The notes: generated by a model from the letters alone, not told the origin. DNA of 64,000 bases from an uncultured Methanoregulaceae archaeon (GCA_963701095.1 OY969564.1:1280001-1344000), one strand, 5' to 3'. Shown: positions 11,276 through 22,856, counted from the stretch's first letter. Numbers and translations are program-made.

Positions 11276-12127
11276 TCAGATGTTACCTGGAATAAACTGC
11301 TGATTATTTGAAGGGGCAAACGCGCCCTCAATTACACCAGGCGGAAGGATACCGGGTGCCGATCCGGTTTTTGCGTACATGTAAAGTGCCACAGTGAAAA
11401 TGCCCTGCATCGCTGAAGCCAGTATAGCAAGGACGGCGATGAGAACGATAAAGAGCGCAAGGGCGATGTAAAAGAGTGTTGTGTCACCGATAAAGAGGGT
11501 ACCGATTACAAGAATCAAGCCGACGAATCCGACAACCGCAAAGATCAAGGAGATAGAGAGCGTTCCAACAACACTTTCCCCCCAGGTCTTTTTAAAAAGT
11601 TCAAGTGATTCCTTCATTGCATCAAACACACCTTTGTCCTCAAAGGCAAGCACGGGAACGACAAAAAGGGTAATAAGGCTCCAAACTCCGCCAATGATCG
11701 AGGCAGCAATCTGTCCAAGGAATCCGGACCGGTCTTCTATCATACGCAGGATTAGGCCTACGGTGGCAGCTACAACGGCCCAAACGAGAATGGCAGGAAG
11801 ATGGCGGCTTGCAGCGGAGAGACCTTCGCGTATGGTCATGGACTTTCCATTTAGCTTTGCATAAACGCAGCTTATCAAACCTACGTTAAAGAAAATGACT
11901 ACAAAATAGCTGACCAGATAGAAAAGGAATACAAAAATAATTCCACCCAAAGTACTCGTGTTAAATGAAAAGATACTGGTTGAGAGGAAAACTGCAAAAA
12001 ATGATGCAATCACCAGAAGCGTTACAATACCAGAAATTATGGGGAATGCAAGGAGTCGTTTATCCTCCATGAGGATCTTCCAGCTCGCCTTCACCAATTC
12101 GAAACTTCGAATTATCCGATCTATCAT
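11276..12127 (-). CDS. Conserved integral membrane protein (DUF6159-like)
   Basis: About 6 TM helices; FVVPVLAFE and SLELFKKTWGE motifs. Confidence 0.75.
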   Translation of the reverse strand: MIDRIIRSFELVKASWKILMEDKRLLAFPIISGIVTLLVIASFFAVFLSTSIFSFNTSTLGGIIFVFLFYLVSYFVVIFFNVGLISCVYAKLNGKSMTIREGLSAASRHLPAILVWAVVAATVGLILRMIEDRSGFLGQIAASIIGGVWSLITLFVVPVLAFEDKGVFDAMKESLELFKKTWGESVVGTLSISLIFAVVGFVGLILVIGTLFIGDTTLFYIALALFIVLIAVLAILASAMQGIFTVALYMYAKTGSAPGILPPGVIEGAFAPSNNQQFIPGNI

Positions 12128-12228
12128 AATTCTCTATTCGCAGTCCTGCGGGATGAATGTTATTTCCTGCCAACCCGTTTTGTTTCACTTTAATGAAAAA
12201 AATGAAAAGAAGATCTATCTTGGCACAT

Positions 12229-13193
12229 CTATCGCGCACCCATGAACCGGGAATAATTCTGGATACCGGGTTTTTGTAATAACGATAGAATGCTTGGGAT
12301 CTTACCGCCCGAATGCCTCCCGTGCAAAGGTTCCCGCACGGGATACCGCATCGCGAGCCTCAGGTATCTGTTTGCCAAATATCTGCCATGAATGGAACAT
12401 ACCTTCCCAGATCTCGTACCTGATAGGTATTCCCGCCCAACTCGCTTTCTTTGCAAACGCGGAAATATCATCGAATATGAGCTCGCCAGAACGGCTTGTA
12501 TATAGAGGCGGGGGAGTCTCGACAGGCTGGCATGAATCGGGGAAGCCCGCATATCAACGGGATCTGTCCCGGCAAGGTAATGGGTCCTTATTGTAGCAAG
12601 ACGAGCCGGAGTAAGCCAGTCTTTATTCTGATTTTCAATGACTGAGCCCCCCCAAAAGCAAGATCAACCATAGGTGACATGCAGATAGCTGCGGGAGGCA
12701 TCAGCAGGCGATTATCGCGCAACGAAAGAAGAAGCTCGAGTACAAGATTTCCCCCAGCGGATATACCGATTGGAATAATCTTGTGGGGAGGAACACTATG
12801 ACTGGTAAGGTATCGGTACGCGGCCATTACATCTTCCAGCTGTGCCGGGAAAGGATGCTCTGGCGCAAGCCGGTAATCAACAGAAAAAACCCGGGCCTGG
12901 GCAGATTTTGCGAGTTCCGCACAGAATCCCAGATGGTCTGCCGTTGATCCTACAGAGAAAAAACCGCCGTGAAAGAAGAGGAGGGTTCGATCCTGTATTG
13001 CTCCCGGAACCGAACACCATACCCCCCGCAGATCATCCCGGATCGCCACCTGTTCGGTTGTGGGGCGTTCTTCAGACTGGAATTCTGTGAAAAATTCCGA
13101 GAATTCCTGTCGGGCCACACCGACCGGTTCCCTGGGGTCGGGGACGTACGATTTGAGGGTGTCCAGGAACTCCTGAGGTGTTTCACGAATCAT
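12229..13193 (-). CDS. Alpha/beta hydrolase (HSL/acetyl-esterase type); frameshift in G7 run at ~12650
   Basis: HGGFF oxyanion motif, DYRLAPEHPFP, GISAGG nucleophile, GMFHSWQ catalytic His in the downstream frame. Confidence 0.88.
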
Positions 13194-14364
13194 ATTGTGT
13201 GGTTATGGTGCGTTTGGGAAATAAAGTCTGGTACTTGCATTTGCTCACTGACAGAGCCGGACTCAGGTACAAATCTCCTGTACGATCCTTTTGGGACAAA
13301 CATCTCGAAGCGTGCGCCTTTTCCCGCCATTCCGGTTTCATGAATCGTAATACCGGTAATAGAAAGAATCTCACGAGCCAGAAGATCTGCAAATGTTTTC
13401 CCCACTAGTTCAGCCGGACTGTAGCCGATGATGTCCTGAACCTGGGCACTTGCGCTGATGAAATAACCATCAGACGAACTTTCCCAAATCCAGGCATCGA
13501 TTTCCTCTGAAATCATCTGGTACCGCTGGTCAATCATCCGAATTGCATCGTCACTCTTTTGATTTCTTCAAACTGGTATCGCAGACCGTCCTCTGTCACC
13601 ATAAGCTGGTCGATTGCTTTTTTTAGTTCCCCTTCAGAGCGCCGCCGTTCGCTGATATCCCGGACGAATGCAAATATCATTGATCCCTGTTCGCTATAGT
13701 TGAGCACCAGTTCAACAGGGAGATGTAAACCATCTTATTTTACAAGAACTTCTTCAACGGTAGCGTATTTGTATGAGCAGTTTATTCCAGCCATCAGAAA
13801 GAGAGTAATAGGAAAGGCCCGGCCTGACGTCCGAAACAGAGGGCCCGGAAAACTCGTCTGGGGTATACCCTAACATAGTGCAGACAGCCTCGTTGTAATA
13901 TGTGATCCCCCCGTTTACTTTCATCCAGAGGATACCTTCAGATGCATGATCGACGGAAAACTTCATCAGATGCAGTTCAGTTTCTGCCTTTCTCCGCCGC
14001 ACAATCTGTCTTACCCTATGGGAAAGCTCCTTGAACTGTGACCGGGGATCTCCCCCTTTCTGGATATAGGAATCGGCACCGCTGTTGATCGCTTCGATAA
14101 CAACCTCCGCCCGACCCCTGCCAATAAACAGAAGAAAGGGCAGGTCAGGAGCCGCTGGCGTACTTTACGGAGGAATGTTATACCATCAATTTCCAGCATC
14201 TGATAATCAGAAATAATGGCATCGAACTGCCCGGTGTCTAGTCGACCGAGTGCTTCTTTCACCGATGATTCGGTAACGACAGATATGTCTCCTTCCTGCT
14301 CAAGAAAAACCCGGCACAGATCCAGCAATGCAGAGTCATCATCGACATAGAGCAGGGAAATCAT
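13190..14364 (-). pseudogene. Disrupted REC-PAS sensor histidine kinase
   Basis: REC domain (LLYVDDD, IISDYQM), PAS fragments, in-frame TAA at ~13737, frameshifts, and a PAS fragment fused directly to the HATPase tail AREILSITGITIHETG..GKGARFE. Confidence 0.8.
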
Positions 14365-14519
14365 TAATGATTGTTCTCACCTGATACCATTTAATTCTTT
14401 ATCATCCTGCCCCAGATTTTTATTTTTTTTCATGATTTTTTGATAGATGCCTTATGGAAGATGTAAAAAACTATTTATAAGGATACTTTTTTTGAAAGAT
14501 CGGGAGATCACCTGTTCTT

Positions 14520-15322
14520 TCACTTATTGTCCGATAATTTATCCCAGAACCGGGCTAGAATTCGCCAGATCTTTTCGCGTAACTCAAGGACCTGATCTTC
14601 GCTTGCAACAGGTCGGTGACCATGGATACCATCAGTCTCATAGAGCTTCCGGTTTACTTCTATCTGGATCCACGGTATCCCTTTACGCCAGTAATGGGCG
14701 TTTGAAATGAAGCCTCCGGAGAAGGGAACATTGATTGCAACTTCATCTTTTCCTTTAAATTCGTCCCTGAATATCTCTGCAAGGCCCACGACCCAATCCG
14801 CGGGGCAGGTGATAAGGCTCCCGGGTTTTGCCTGACCCGTTTCATCACCATAGTTCCCCAGACAGATGAGCGGCCTGCATTTACCTGCATCACTTTGTTC
14901 TGCGGATCCATACGGGAGCATGGAGTGGCAATCAAACGCTATCTGTATTGGATGTTTGTCGATAATCTCATCGATTCTCTGGTGATAAGGAAAATACCAT
15001 TTCACCATAAGCTGGTGTATAAGATTCAAATCGGGAAGCTGTCCAGGCCGGTAAACCTGCCGCCCGTCCACAGTCCTGACCTTGATGATCCCATCCGGGT
15101 CCCGGGGGGAAGCGGTAACGGCGGACGATTTAGATCGATAACCATTCGGGAAATGGGCGTATCAATTGAAGATTCCACCCACTGGCCGAAGTCAAAAAGT
15201 ATCCTCGTGGCAGGATCGCAATACCAGGATACCTCCTCAGGTAAAAGAGCAAGCCGGCTAGATACTTCCTCCGGTATCTCATTTCCACCATGGGGGATCG
15301 ATATAAGAAAAGGATATTTCAT
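14520..15322 (-). CDS. N-formylglutamate amidohydrolase family; frameshift at ~15105
   Basis: ISIPHGG, SRMVIDLNR, YFPYHQ, FDCHSM, NVPFSGG, WIQIEVNR. Confidence 0.88.
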
Positions 15323-15910
15323 AGGAGTGCTCCCGTTCAAGAGAACCTGAGCCGGGCTTTTTTGTTAATCTTTTGGATAGGGCATCGTGCAGGAAATATT
15401 TCCTTCGTGGTTTTATTGCAAAATACATCGGTTTTCTTTTTTGAAGATTTGGTTCCGGAAAGGCTCATTTCGCTCAGCTCAAATGTAGTATAGTGACCGT
15501 AAGATATATTTACAAAAGCAATTAGATTTCATTTTATTATTATAATTTGAGGCAAATTACCATAAAAAGGATATTTCAACAGGCTCTAATTCACAGTTTA
15601 ATTAATAAAAAAACGTAATATTTACTTATTTTCCAGTGGAAATAAAGGGGTATAAAAGGATGATCAATTTGCCGGATTAGCATAATATTCATTATACAAA
15701 TATATATGAGCAAAGTGAGCCCGAAAAAGAGAGGAAACGTCTCAGCTGCGATCGACTACAAAGAAAGTTGTATTTCTTCAGCAGATCATCAAAAGAGGAG
15801 TACGTCATGGAATTTGCAAAGGATGTTTCTCAAATTGGAAATTGCATAAATCAATTTATTGATGTAGGTGATAAAAGGCGAGGTAAATTATTGAAAAAGA
15901 GATGGGAAAT

Positions 15911-16754
15911 ATGCCGTATATTTCTGTCGGAAAAGAGAATTCGGGAGAGATCGATCTCTACTACGAAGATCATGGTGAGGGAACACCGGTAGTCTTGATC
16001 CATGGATGGCCGCTTTCCGGAGATGCGTGGGAGAAACAGGTGCCAGCCCTGCTTGGCGCGGGATATCGGGTTATTACATATGACCGGCGAGGGTTTGGTC
16101 GCTCCAGTAAGCCTGTAAAAGGTTATGATTTTGATACGTTTGCCCAAGACCTTGACAAATTGATGACTGCACTTAATCTCAACGATGTTACTCTGGTCGG
16201 ATTTTCTATGGGAGGCGGTGAAGTTGCGAGGTATCTTGGTACTATAGGCTCCCGGCGTGTAAGTAAAGCAGTATTTATCTCAGCAATCCCACCTTACCTG
16301 ATAAAAACAAAGGATAACCCGGCAGGCATCGATGGAAGTGTCTTTGAAGGGATTAAAAAGGGAATTGTAGCTGACCGCCCATCATTCCTGACTCAGTTTT
16401 TCCACAATTTCTACAACGCTGATATCCTCAAGGGGAAACTCATTTCGGAAGAGGTAATGAAGCTCAGCTGGAATACAGACTGTCGTCGCTTCACCCATTG
16501 GTACATTAGATTGCGTTACGGCATGGCTGACGGATTTTCGGAAGGATCTTTCAAAGATCACGATCCCTGTTCTCGTTGTCCACGGCAATGCAGATCGTAT
16601 ATGCCCCCTGGAATCTACGGGAAAACGTACGCATGAAGCAATGCCGGGGAGCCAGCTTGTAGTTATAGAAGGAGGGCCGCACGGATTAAACTGGACGCAT
16701 GCCGAACATCTTAACAAGACACTGTTAGTCTTCCTCACGAAACATTCAGGATAA
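15911..16754 (+). CDS. Non-haem haloperoxidase/perhydrolase-type alpha/beta hydrolase; frameshift at ~16479
   Basis: YYEDHG, IHGWPLS, YDRRGFG, GFSMGG; shifted frame has VHGNADR and GGPHGLNWTH. Confidence 0.88.
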
Positions 16755-17098
16755 CCGGGTTCTGGTAATTCTCCGCTGGGATTAAAGCAATAGGAGAGAC
16801 TCAGTGCGGAATTATTGTTGTTACCAATAAGACTAAAACAATTTTTTGACTAAATCTTCACTTTGGGAGAAGGTCAATTTAGTTTTAGCAACCTGATTAG
16901 CAGAATGTTTATACTACAAAATGTAACTTATCTTTTACAAAATGTGATGGGTAACTCATTGCTTACAATGGGGTTCCGTTCATTTTCGATCCCCATCCGT
17001 ACGCTTTATTGGTACGAGCCATCACATTCAGGATTGATTATTATGGCCTGTATTATCATGGAGCAGTTAATAAAATGTAACTGCAGGAAGCGAGTTCC

Positions 17099-18676
17099 GT
17101 GAAATTCATCCGTGTAGCCCTTATTGGATTTATGCTGCTGTGTTTTTTCGGGTGTATTGCAATCCCGGTCGCAGCGGATAACAATACAACCACTACGGCC
17201 ACTACTATTCCAACTACTACAACCACTACTGTTGCTCCAACCACTACGGCAACTACTATTCCAACTACTACAACCACTACTGTTGCTCCAACCACTACGG
17301 CCACTACTATTCCAACTACTACAACCACTACTGTTGCTCCAACCACTACGGCCACTACTATTCCAACTACTACAACCACTACTGTTGCTCCAACCACTAC
17401 GGCTACCACTATTCCAACTACTACCGCAACACCACTGGTTGCCTTATTCACAGCATCACCCACTTCGGGTACTGCACCTCTCACGGTACAATTTAGAGAT
17501 ACATCTACCGGATCTCCCACTACCTGGGACTGGAACTTCGGTGATGGAGATTCGAGTAACAATGAAAACCCATCGTACGTGTATACAACTGCTGGAACCT
17601 ACTATGTCCAACTCACGATCGGAGATGGAGGGGTTCTTCCTGGCAGCACCAGCACTCAAACTACCCCTATAACGGTGACAGGTGGAACAAATTCACTTCC
17701 GGTTGTGACGAGCATATCGCCGACATATGGGCCGATTTCTACGGGCACTACAATAACCATCACCGGGACAGGTTTTACCGGCGCAACTGGAGTTACAGTT
17801 GGGGGTACTGCAGCAATCGACGTTGTGGTTGTTAGTAGCACTGAAATTACTGCAACTACCCCGGCAAGTTCGACCGCGGGACCAGTTGATGTTATTGTTT
17901 CAACCCCGGAAGGCACATCCACAGCAGTCGCCGGTGACAAATACAACTTTGCAGCGGCAGCAACGTCAATCCCGGTACCGATATTTTACGCGACACCAAC
18001 TTCAGGGACTGCACCACTTGAAGTTACCTTCACTGATGAATCCACGGGAAACCCGGCGTCCTGGAGCTGGACCTTCGGGGACGGTAATACGAGCACTCTG
18101 CAAAATCCAACCAACACCTATGCTACCGACGGAACGTATACGGTCTCATTGACTGAAGTAAACTCTCTTGGCACAAATGAAACCACAATGACGGGATACA
18201 TCGTGGTCGGAGCCGCAACACCGGTTGCTGCATTTTCTGCGTCGCCCTTATCGGGCCTCGCACCCCTCACCGTTCAGTTTGTGGACCAATCTACCAATTC
18301 ACCTACGCAATGGGAATGGTCATTCGGGGATGGGAGTACGGGATCCACTGAAAACCCGTCTCATATCTATACGAACCCGGGGACCTATACAGCAACCCTC
18401 GTATCCATGAACTCATTGGGCAGTAGTACAAATGGCCCTACCCAGACCATTACAGTTAACGCAGGAGGAGCGGCAACGACAATTCCCACGTTCACAACAG
18501 CACCTACCTTCGCGGTTGGCGCCGAATCCACAACATCCTCGGTGAGTTCCTGGCTTGCACAGCAACAAGCTATTGCAACAGTAGTGCCTACCCATAAGTC
18601 CCCGGGATATGACGCGTTTGTTGCGCTTATCGGGTGCGGGATTATTGCAGGTATCGCCCTTCACAGGAAAAAGTAA
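17099..18676 (+). CDS. Cell-surface protein: signal peptide, Thr-rich repeats, PKD x3 + IPT/TIG domain, PGF-CTERM-like anchor
   Basis: Three WxFGDG PKD motifs, ISPTYGP...ITITGTGF IPT motif, C-terminus KSPGYDAFVALIG...HRKK. Confidence 0.9.
   Translation: MKFIRVALIGFMLLCFFGCIAIPVAADNNTTTTATTIPTTTTTTVAPTTTATTIPTTTTTTVAPTTTATTIPTTTTTTVAPTTTATTIPTTTTTTVAPTTTATTIPTTTATPLVALFTASPTSGTAPLTVQFRDTSTGSPTTWDWNFGDGDSSNNENPSYVYTTAGTYYVQLTIGDGGVLPGSTSTQTTPITVTGGTNSLPVVTSISPTYGPISTGTTITITGTGFTGATGVTVGGTAAIDVVVVSSTEITATTPASSTAGPVDVIVSTPEGTSTAVAGDKYNFAAAATSIPVPIFYATPTSGTAPLEVTFTDESTGNPASWSWTFGDGNTSTLQNPTNTYATDGTYTVSLTEVNSLGTNETTMTGYIVVGAATPVAAFSASPLSGLAPLTVQFVDQSTNSPTQWEWSFGDGSTGSTENPSHIYTNPGTYTATLVSMNSLGSSTNGPTQTITVNAGGAATTIPTFTTAPTFAVGAESTTSSVSSWLAQQQAIATVVPTHKSPGYDAFVALIGCGIIAGIALHRKK
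17190..17423 (+). repeat. 51-bp coding tandem repeat, ~4.6 copies (TTATTIPTTTTTTVAPT)
   Basis: Unit ccactacggccactactattccaactactacaaccactactgttgctccaa starts at 17190, 17241, 17292, 17343 and 17394 (partial). Confidence 0.95.
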
Positions 18677-18839
18677 TAAGTCCATTTTTTTAACAATGTC
18701 CCCAGATTCATACAAACTGACATGCATTTCTGAATGTCATCGATGGTGTTTTTCCCCGAAAACTACCCTTGCTTGTCATCCTCAACAAAGATATACAGTT
18801 GATCGTTGATATGATACTTATACAAACAGGAGAACCCAG

Positions 18840-19515
18840 ATGAGTGACGACAGACTTTTATGACCAGCAGCCGTTGGGAACCGTTACCTTCGCAGAAAAT
18901 CCAGAACCCCGGTGTCCCTGCCTCCTGTTGCTGGATACATCCGGTTCCATGGCGGGAAAGGCGATAGCGGAGCTCAATGCCGGGTTGCGATCCTTTTACG
19001 AGGAACTTCAGAGTGATTCCCTTGCCGTAAAACGAGTGGAAGTAGCACTCGTTTCCTTCGGCCCGGTCCGGGTCATTTCAGAATTCAATACCGCGGATTT
19101 CTTTCTCGATCCCACGCTTGAAGCAGAAGGGGACACACCTCTTGGTGAAGCAATTCTTAAAGGAATTGATCTGATTAGGAAACGCAAAGAGGAATACCGG
19201 GCAAACGGGATCTCTTTTTACCGGCCCTGGATCTTTTTGATAACCGACGGGTCTCCAACGGACGAGTGGCAGCGCGCTGCAGCTGCCGTTCGAGAAGGTG
19301 AAAGTTCAAAATCGTTTGCTTTTTTCGCGGTCGGTGTCCAGAACGCTGATATGTCAGTTCTCAGGCAGATAACGGTCCGGCAGCCACTTAAGCTCCAGGG
19401 CCTCAAATTCCGGGAATTCTTCCAGTGGCTCTCAAATTCCATGAAATCGGCCTCCCGGAGCAATCCGGGAGACAGGTTACTGCTTTCTCCACCGTCAGGG
19501 TGGAGCGAGATATGA
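18840..19515 (+). CDS. vWA-domain protein (TerY/YegL type)
   Basis: [23 protein letters not shown] motif, [23 protein letters not shown] track start is GTG 18844; ATG 18840 comes in frame if agact (18852) is really agct. Confidence 0.92.
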
Positions 19516-20282
19516 CCTGGAAACATCTCTCCCTTTCAGTTACGGGAAAATCGCATAGTGATCGGAACGAACCGGGTCAGGATTACTGCCGGGCTGGATC
19601 TATCCGGATCTCGGACCGGGATTTTTTTATCGGTATAACCGCGGATGGTGCGGGCAGTACAACCAATGGGGGTATCGGTGCAGAAATTGCCTGTGAATCG
19701 ATGTACTCCCAAATCCTTTCTTCTATCCATGAAGGAAAGGCTATTTCATCCGTCACTAACGACGACATCACTGAGTGGATCTTCACGGCCCGCGAGATCG
19801 TCGTTGCCCATGCAAAACAAAATGGCCAGCGGGTAAAAGACTATGCCTGCACGCTTATCGGCGTTGTGATGGCCATCGACAATTCACTCTTTTTCCAGAT
19901 CGGAGATGGTTGCATCGTGTTTGGAGACAAAACAGGATACTCCACGGTTTTTTGGCCGGAACAGGGAGAATATGCAAACATGACTTATTTTGTAACCGAC
20001 GATGATTTTCGGGAGCACATCAGGATAGATCATAAGGAAACCCCGCCGGATGAGGTTGCGCTTTTCACCGATGGTCTCCAGAATCTTGTACTCTCATTTT
20101 CTTCACGGACTGTACATGAAGGGTTTTTCCGGCCATTATTTGCTGCACTGAGAAGCGAACCGGGAAATGAATGTCAGAGTCTGTCCGCTCACCTAGCTGC
20201 ACTGCTTCTGCGGGATGATGTAAATGCCCGAAGCGACGATGACAAAACCCTGATTCTTGCCGTTAACATTCCCACGAGCTGA
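19512..20282 (+). CDS. PP2C-like protein phosphatase (YegK type)
   Basis: SVTGKSH, QD, ADGAGS, QIGDG, FTDGL, DDDKTL. ATGA overlap with the vWA stop. Confidence 0.9.
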   Translation: MTWKHLSLSVTGKSHSDRNEPGQDYCRAGSIRISDRDFFIGITADGAGSTTNGGIGAEIACESMYSQILSSIHEGKAISSVTNDDITEWIFTAREIVVAHAKQNGQRVKDYACTLIGVVMAIDNSLFFQIGDGCIVFGDKTGYSTVFWPEQGEYANMTYFVTDDDFREHIRIDHKETPPDEVALFTDGLQNLVLSFSSRTVHEGFFRPLFAALRSEPGNECQSLSAHLAALLLRDDVNARSDDDKTLILAVNIPTS

Positions 20283-20287
20283 AAAAA

Positions 20288-22267
20288 ATGAGCCCGTCAC
20301 CCAACCTCTACGACAGCAGAGGCAACCACGTCAGCCTTGGAAAAAAGGTGGGCAGTGGAGGGGAGGGGGATGTCTTTGAAATTGCACCTCACCGGAAAGA
20401 TGTTCTGGCGAAAATCTATCACAAGCCACTTGCCGGTGAACGGCAGGAAAAACTCAGCCTGATGGTCAGCGGCTGTAATGACGAACTAAAGGAATTTGCT
20501 GCGTGGCCTCTGGATCTTCTTCATGAGAGTAAAGGCGGCCCTGTTTGCGGTTTTGTAATGCCGAGGATCACTGATTGCGAACCGATCCACCGGGTCTATG
20601 GCCCCTCGCACAGGAAAGAATCCTTTCCCAATGCAGACTGGAAGTTCCTGGTGAGAACGGCAAAAAACCTCGCTGCTGCCTTTTACATCATCCACAAGTA
20701 CGGTTATGTAGTTGGTGATGTCAATGAGGGTAATATTCTGGTCACAAAAAAAGCATGCGTTCGTCTTATAGATTGTGACTCGTTCCAGGTCAAGGCCCAT
20801 GACAAGACCTATTTCTGCGAAGTGGGGGTTGCCCAGTTTACTCCTCCTGAGCTTCAAAAATCAAAAGATTTTAAGATGCTTCGCACCCAGAATCATGACA
20901 ATTTCGGGCTTGCTATCCTTATATTCCTGCTACTCTTTATGGGCAGGCACCCGTTCTCCGGGGTCTATAAGGGAAAAGACGATATGCCTATAGAACGGGC
21001 AATTGCTGAACACCGGTTTGCATTTGGCAGGAACGCTTCACAGAAAGCAATTGCACCCCCGCCAAACGCAGTCGGCCTGTCCGTTGTTCCCAGTGATGTT
21101 TCCGGTCTTTTTGAGCAGTCTTTTGCCGATCCAAAAATCCAGGACCACGAAAGACCGACGGCAAATGACTGGTGGAACGTGCTTGATTCACTTGAAAAAC
21201 GGCTTAAAAAATGCTCAAATGAATCTATGCACACCTATTATACCGGTCTCACTGCCTGTCCGTGGTGCAACCTGGAAAACAGTTCCGGGGTACTATTATT
21301 CCTGAGTTCGGATGCAATCTCGCGGATCGATTTAACCGCAGAGTGGCAGAAGGTTCTTGCGATTAAACCGCCGGGACCTGTTCCTGAAATCAGCCCGCAG
21401 AAGTTCCATTGTATGCCATCACCATTATCCCCTGAAATCTCTCGCGCTGTCAGAATGGGAAAAATACGGCAGACCGCACAAGTTGTGCTTCTGATCACCA
21501 GTGCCTTTGCCATTCTGGTACCAGCAGGTTTAGGGAATATTGGCCCGATTGATTCCATAGGAATTATCCTTGCGGGTTTGGCAGGACTTCTCCAGATTTT
21601 ACCCGGTAAAGACAAGGTTGAAAAGAAACGCCGGAAAAAAGTATTCGAAGATGCTCGGTATAGCTGGCATCTCTGGGAAAAGAAATGGAAGACTGAAGCT
21701 GGTGATACAGAATTTCTCGCCAGGTTAAAAGCGCTTACGGCTGCCAAAGAAAAATACGAGACGATAGCACGTGAATACAAGAATGCCGTCGCTGCGCTTC
21801 AGCACACATCACGAGACCGCCAGCTAAAAAAATTCCTGAAAAACTGTTTAATTGACTCCAGTTCTTTACCCTGGCTCAGCGAAAACCAGAAAGCTGCGCT
21901 CCGGTCAAGGGGAATAGAATCTGCGGCAGATGTAGTCTACCAAAAGATTACTAACCTACCGGGTTTTGACGCCGCACTCACAAACAATCTGATAAAATGG
22001 AGCAAGCAACAGGAAGACAAGTTCGTATTTGACGAAAACTCACGCGTCTCTGTGTCTGATATCCAAGGCTTGATCCATACGTTTCAACCAAAAATCCGGC
22101 CGGTTGAACACGAAATCTTGTCAGGTGTCGAAAAACTATACTCAACCCAGCAGAAAATTCTCGTAAATCGCACGAAGTTTCAGCCAGTCATAGAAAAAAG
22201 TGCAAAAGATCTCGCCCAAGCCTACGCAAATTTCTCTGTTTTTACCCTGACCGGGAAATTATTTTGA
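20288..22267 (+). CDS. Membrane Ser/Thr kinase with C-terminal HhH-like region (YegI type)
   Basis: GSGGEG, AKIYH, GDVNEGNIL, IDCDSFQ, FTPPELQ, C..H....CPWC, two TM helices, GIESAADV...LPGF. Confidence 0.9.
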   Translation: MSPSPNLYDSRGNHVSLGKKVGSGGEGDVFEIAPHRKDVLAKIYHKPLAGERQEKLSLMVSGCNDELKEFAAWPLDLLHESKGGPVCGFVMPRITDCEPIHRVYGPSHRKESFPNADWKFLVRTAKNLAAAFYIIHKYGYVVGDVNEGNILVTKKACVRLIDCDSFQVKAHDKTYFCEVGVAQFTPPELQKSKDFKMLRTQNHDNFGLAILIFLLLFMGRHPFSGVYKGKDDMPIERAIAEHRFAFGRNASQKAIAPPPNAVGLSVVPSDVSGLFEQSFADPKIQDHERPTANDWWNVLDSLEKRLKKCSNESMHTYYTGLTACPWCNLENSSGVLLFLSSDAISRIDLTAEWQKVLAIKPPGPVPEISPQKFHCMPSPLSPEISRAVRMGKIRQTAQVVLLITSAFAILVPAGLGNIGPIDSIGIILAGLAGLLQILPGKDKVEKKRRKKVFEDARYSWHLWEKKWKTEAGDTEFLARLKALTAAKEKYETIAREYKNAVAALQHTSRDRQLKKFLKNCLIDSSSLPWLSENQKAALRSRGIESAADVVYQKITNLPGFDAALTNNLIKWSKQQEDKFVFDENSRVSVSDIQGLIHTFQPKIRPVEHEILSGVEKLYSTQQKILVNRTKFQPVIEKSAKDLAQAYANFSVFTLTGKLF

Positions 22268-22365
22268 GTTTTTCCTGCCCGGATGAATGAAAAACACTCG
22301 TCGCAACCAGCGTTCAATTTTTTCCTGAGATAGAGATAAATTTCGGGGACACCATAAGATCAATA

Positions 22366-22695
22366 ATGAAATATACATCACGGCATGTGAAAAAATTCCT
22401 TGAAGAAGGGAAAATCGATCCAGAACTCTGGAAGATCCATTTCCCCCACGTTCTCCCTTCCCATGTTCCTGAATGTAGCGAATGCGAAGATAAAAAGAAT
22501 GATCTCTGTCAGGGCGGAAAAAACCCGGTAGACTGTTTCCTGGGCATTTATGCAGAAAGTGAAGCGGCAAAAATTTCCGATAACGACCGGAAAGCCCGAA
22601 AGGACAAATCCAAGAAATTTTTCCCGGACGCGAAAGGAAAGAAGTCGAAGGTGCCCGCAGGAGCGAATATCAGCTTTGACCAGTCAAAAATGTGA
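22366..22695 (+). CDS. Hypothetical protein with CxxC-x6-C-x8-C motif and basic tail
   Basis: 109-aa ORF containing CSECEDKKNDLCQGGKNPVDC. Confidence 0.65.
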   Translation: MKYTSRHVKKFLEEGKIDPELWKIHFPHVLPSHVPECSECEDKKNDLCQGGKNPVDCFLGIYAESEAAKISDNDRKARKDKSKKFFPDAKGKKSKVPAGANISFDQSKM

Positions 22696-22856
22696 AGACG
22701 CTCCCTGAATTGTTCCGGGAATGCTCAGTATTATTTACGGTTGGCTAATTTCGTTCTTCGAGGAAAATCCCCTTTTTCTCCCTTTTGCCCCCCAAAAAAA
22801 TGCATGGGGTATACCATACACATATTCTTTGTGTTTTGTATTGTCTTCGGATGACC

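Noticed and set aside
15350..15900. AT-rich spacer as ncRNA or mobile-element scar
   Set aside because: No terminal repeats or convincing structure; consistent with divergent promoters.
17190..17423. CRISPR array
   Set aside because: Contiguous repeats without unique spacers, in frame within a CDS; no cas genes seen.
17056..17562. Val-rich minus-strand ORF (and Leu/Gln-rich alternate frame 17124..17672)
   Set aside because: Shadow translations of the Thr repeat in the PKD gene.
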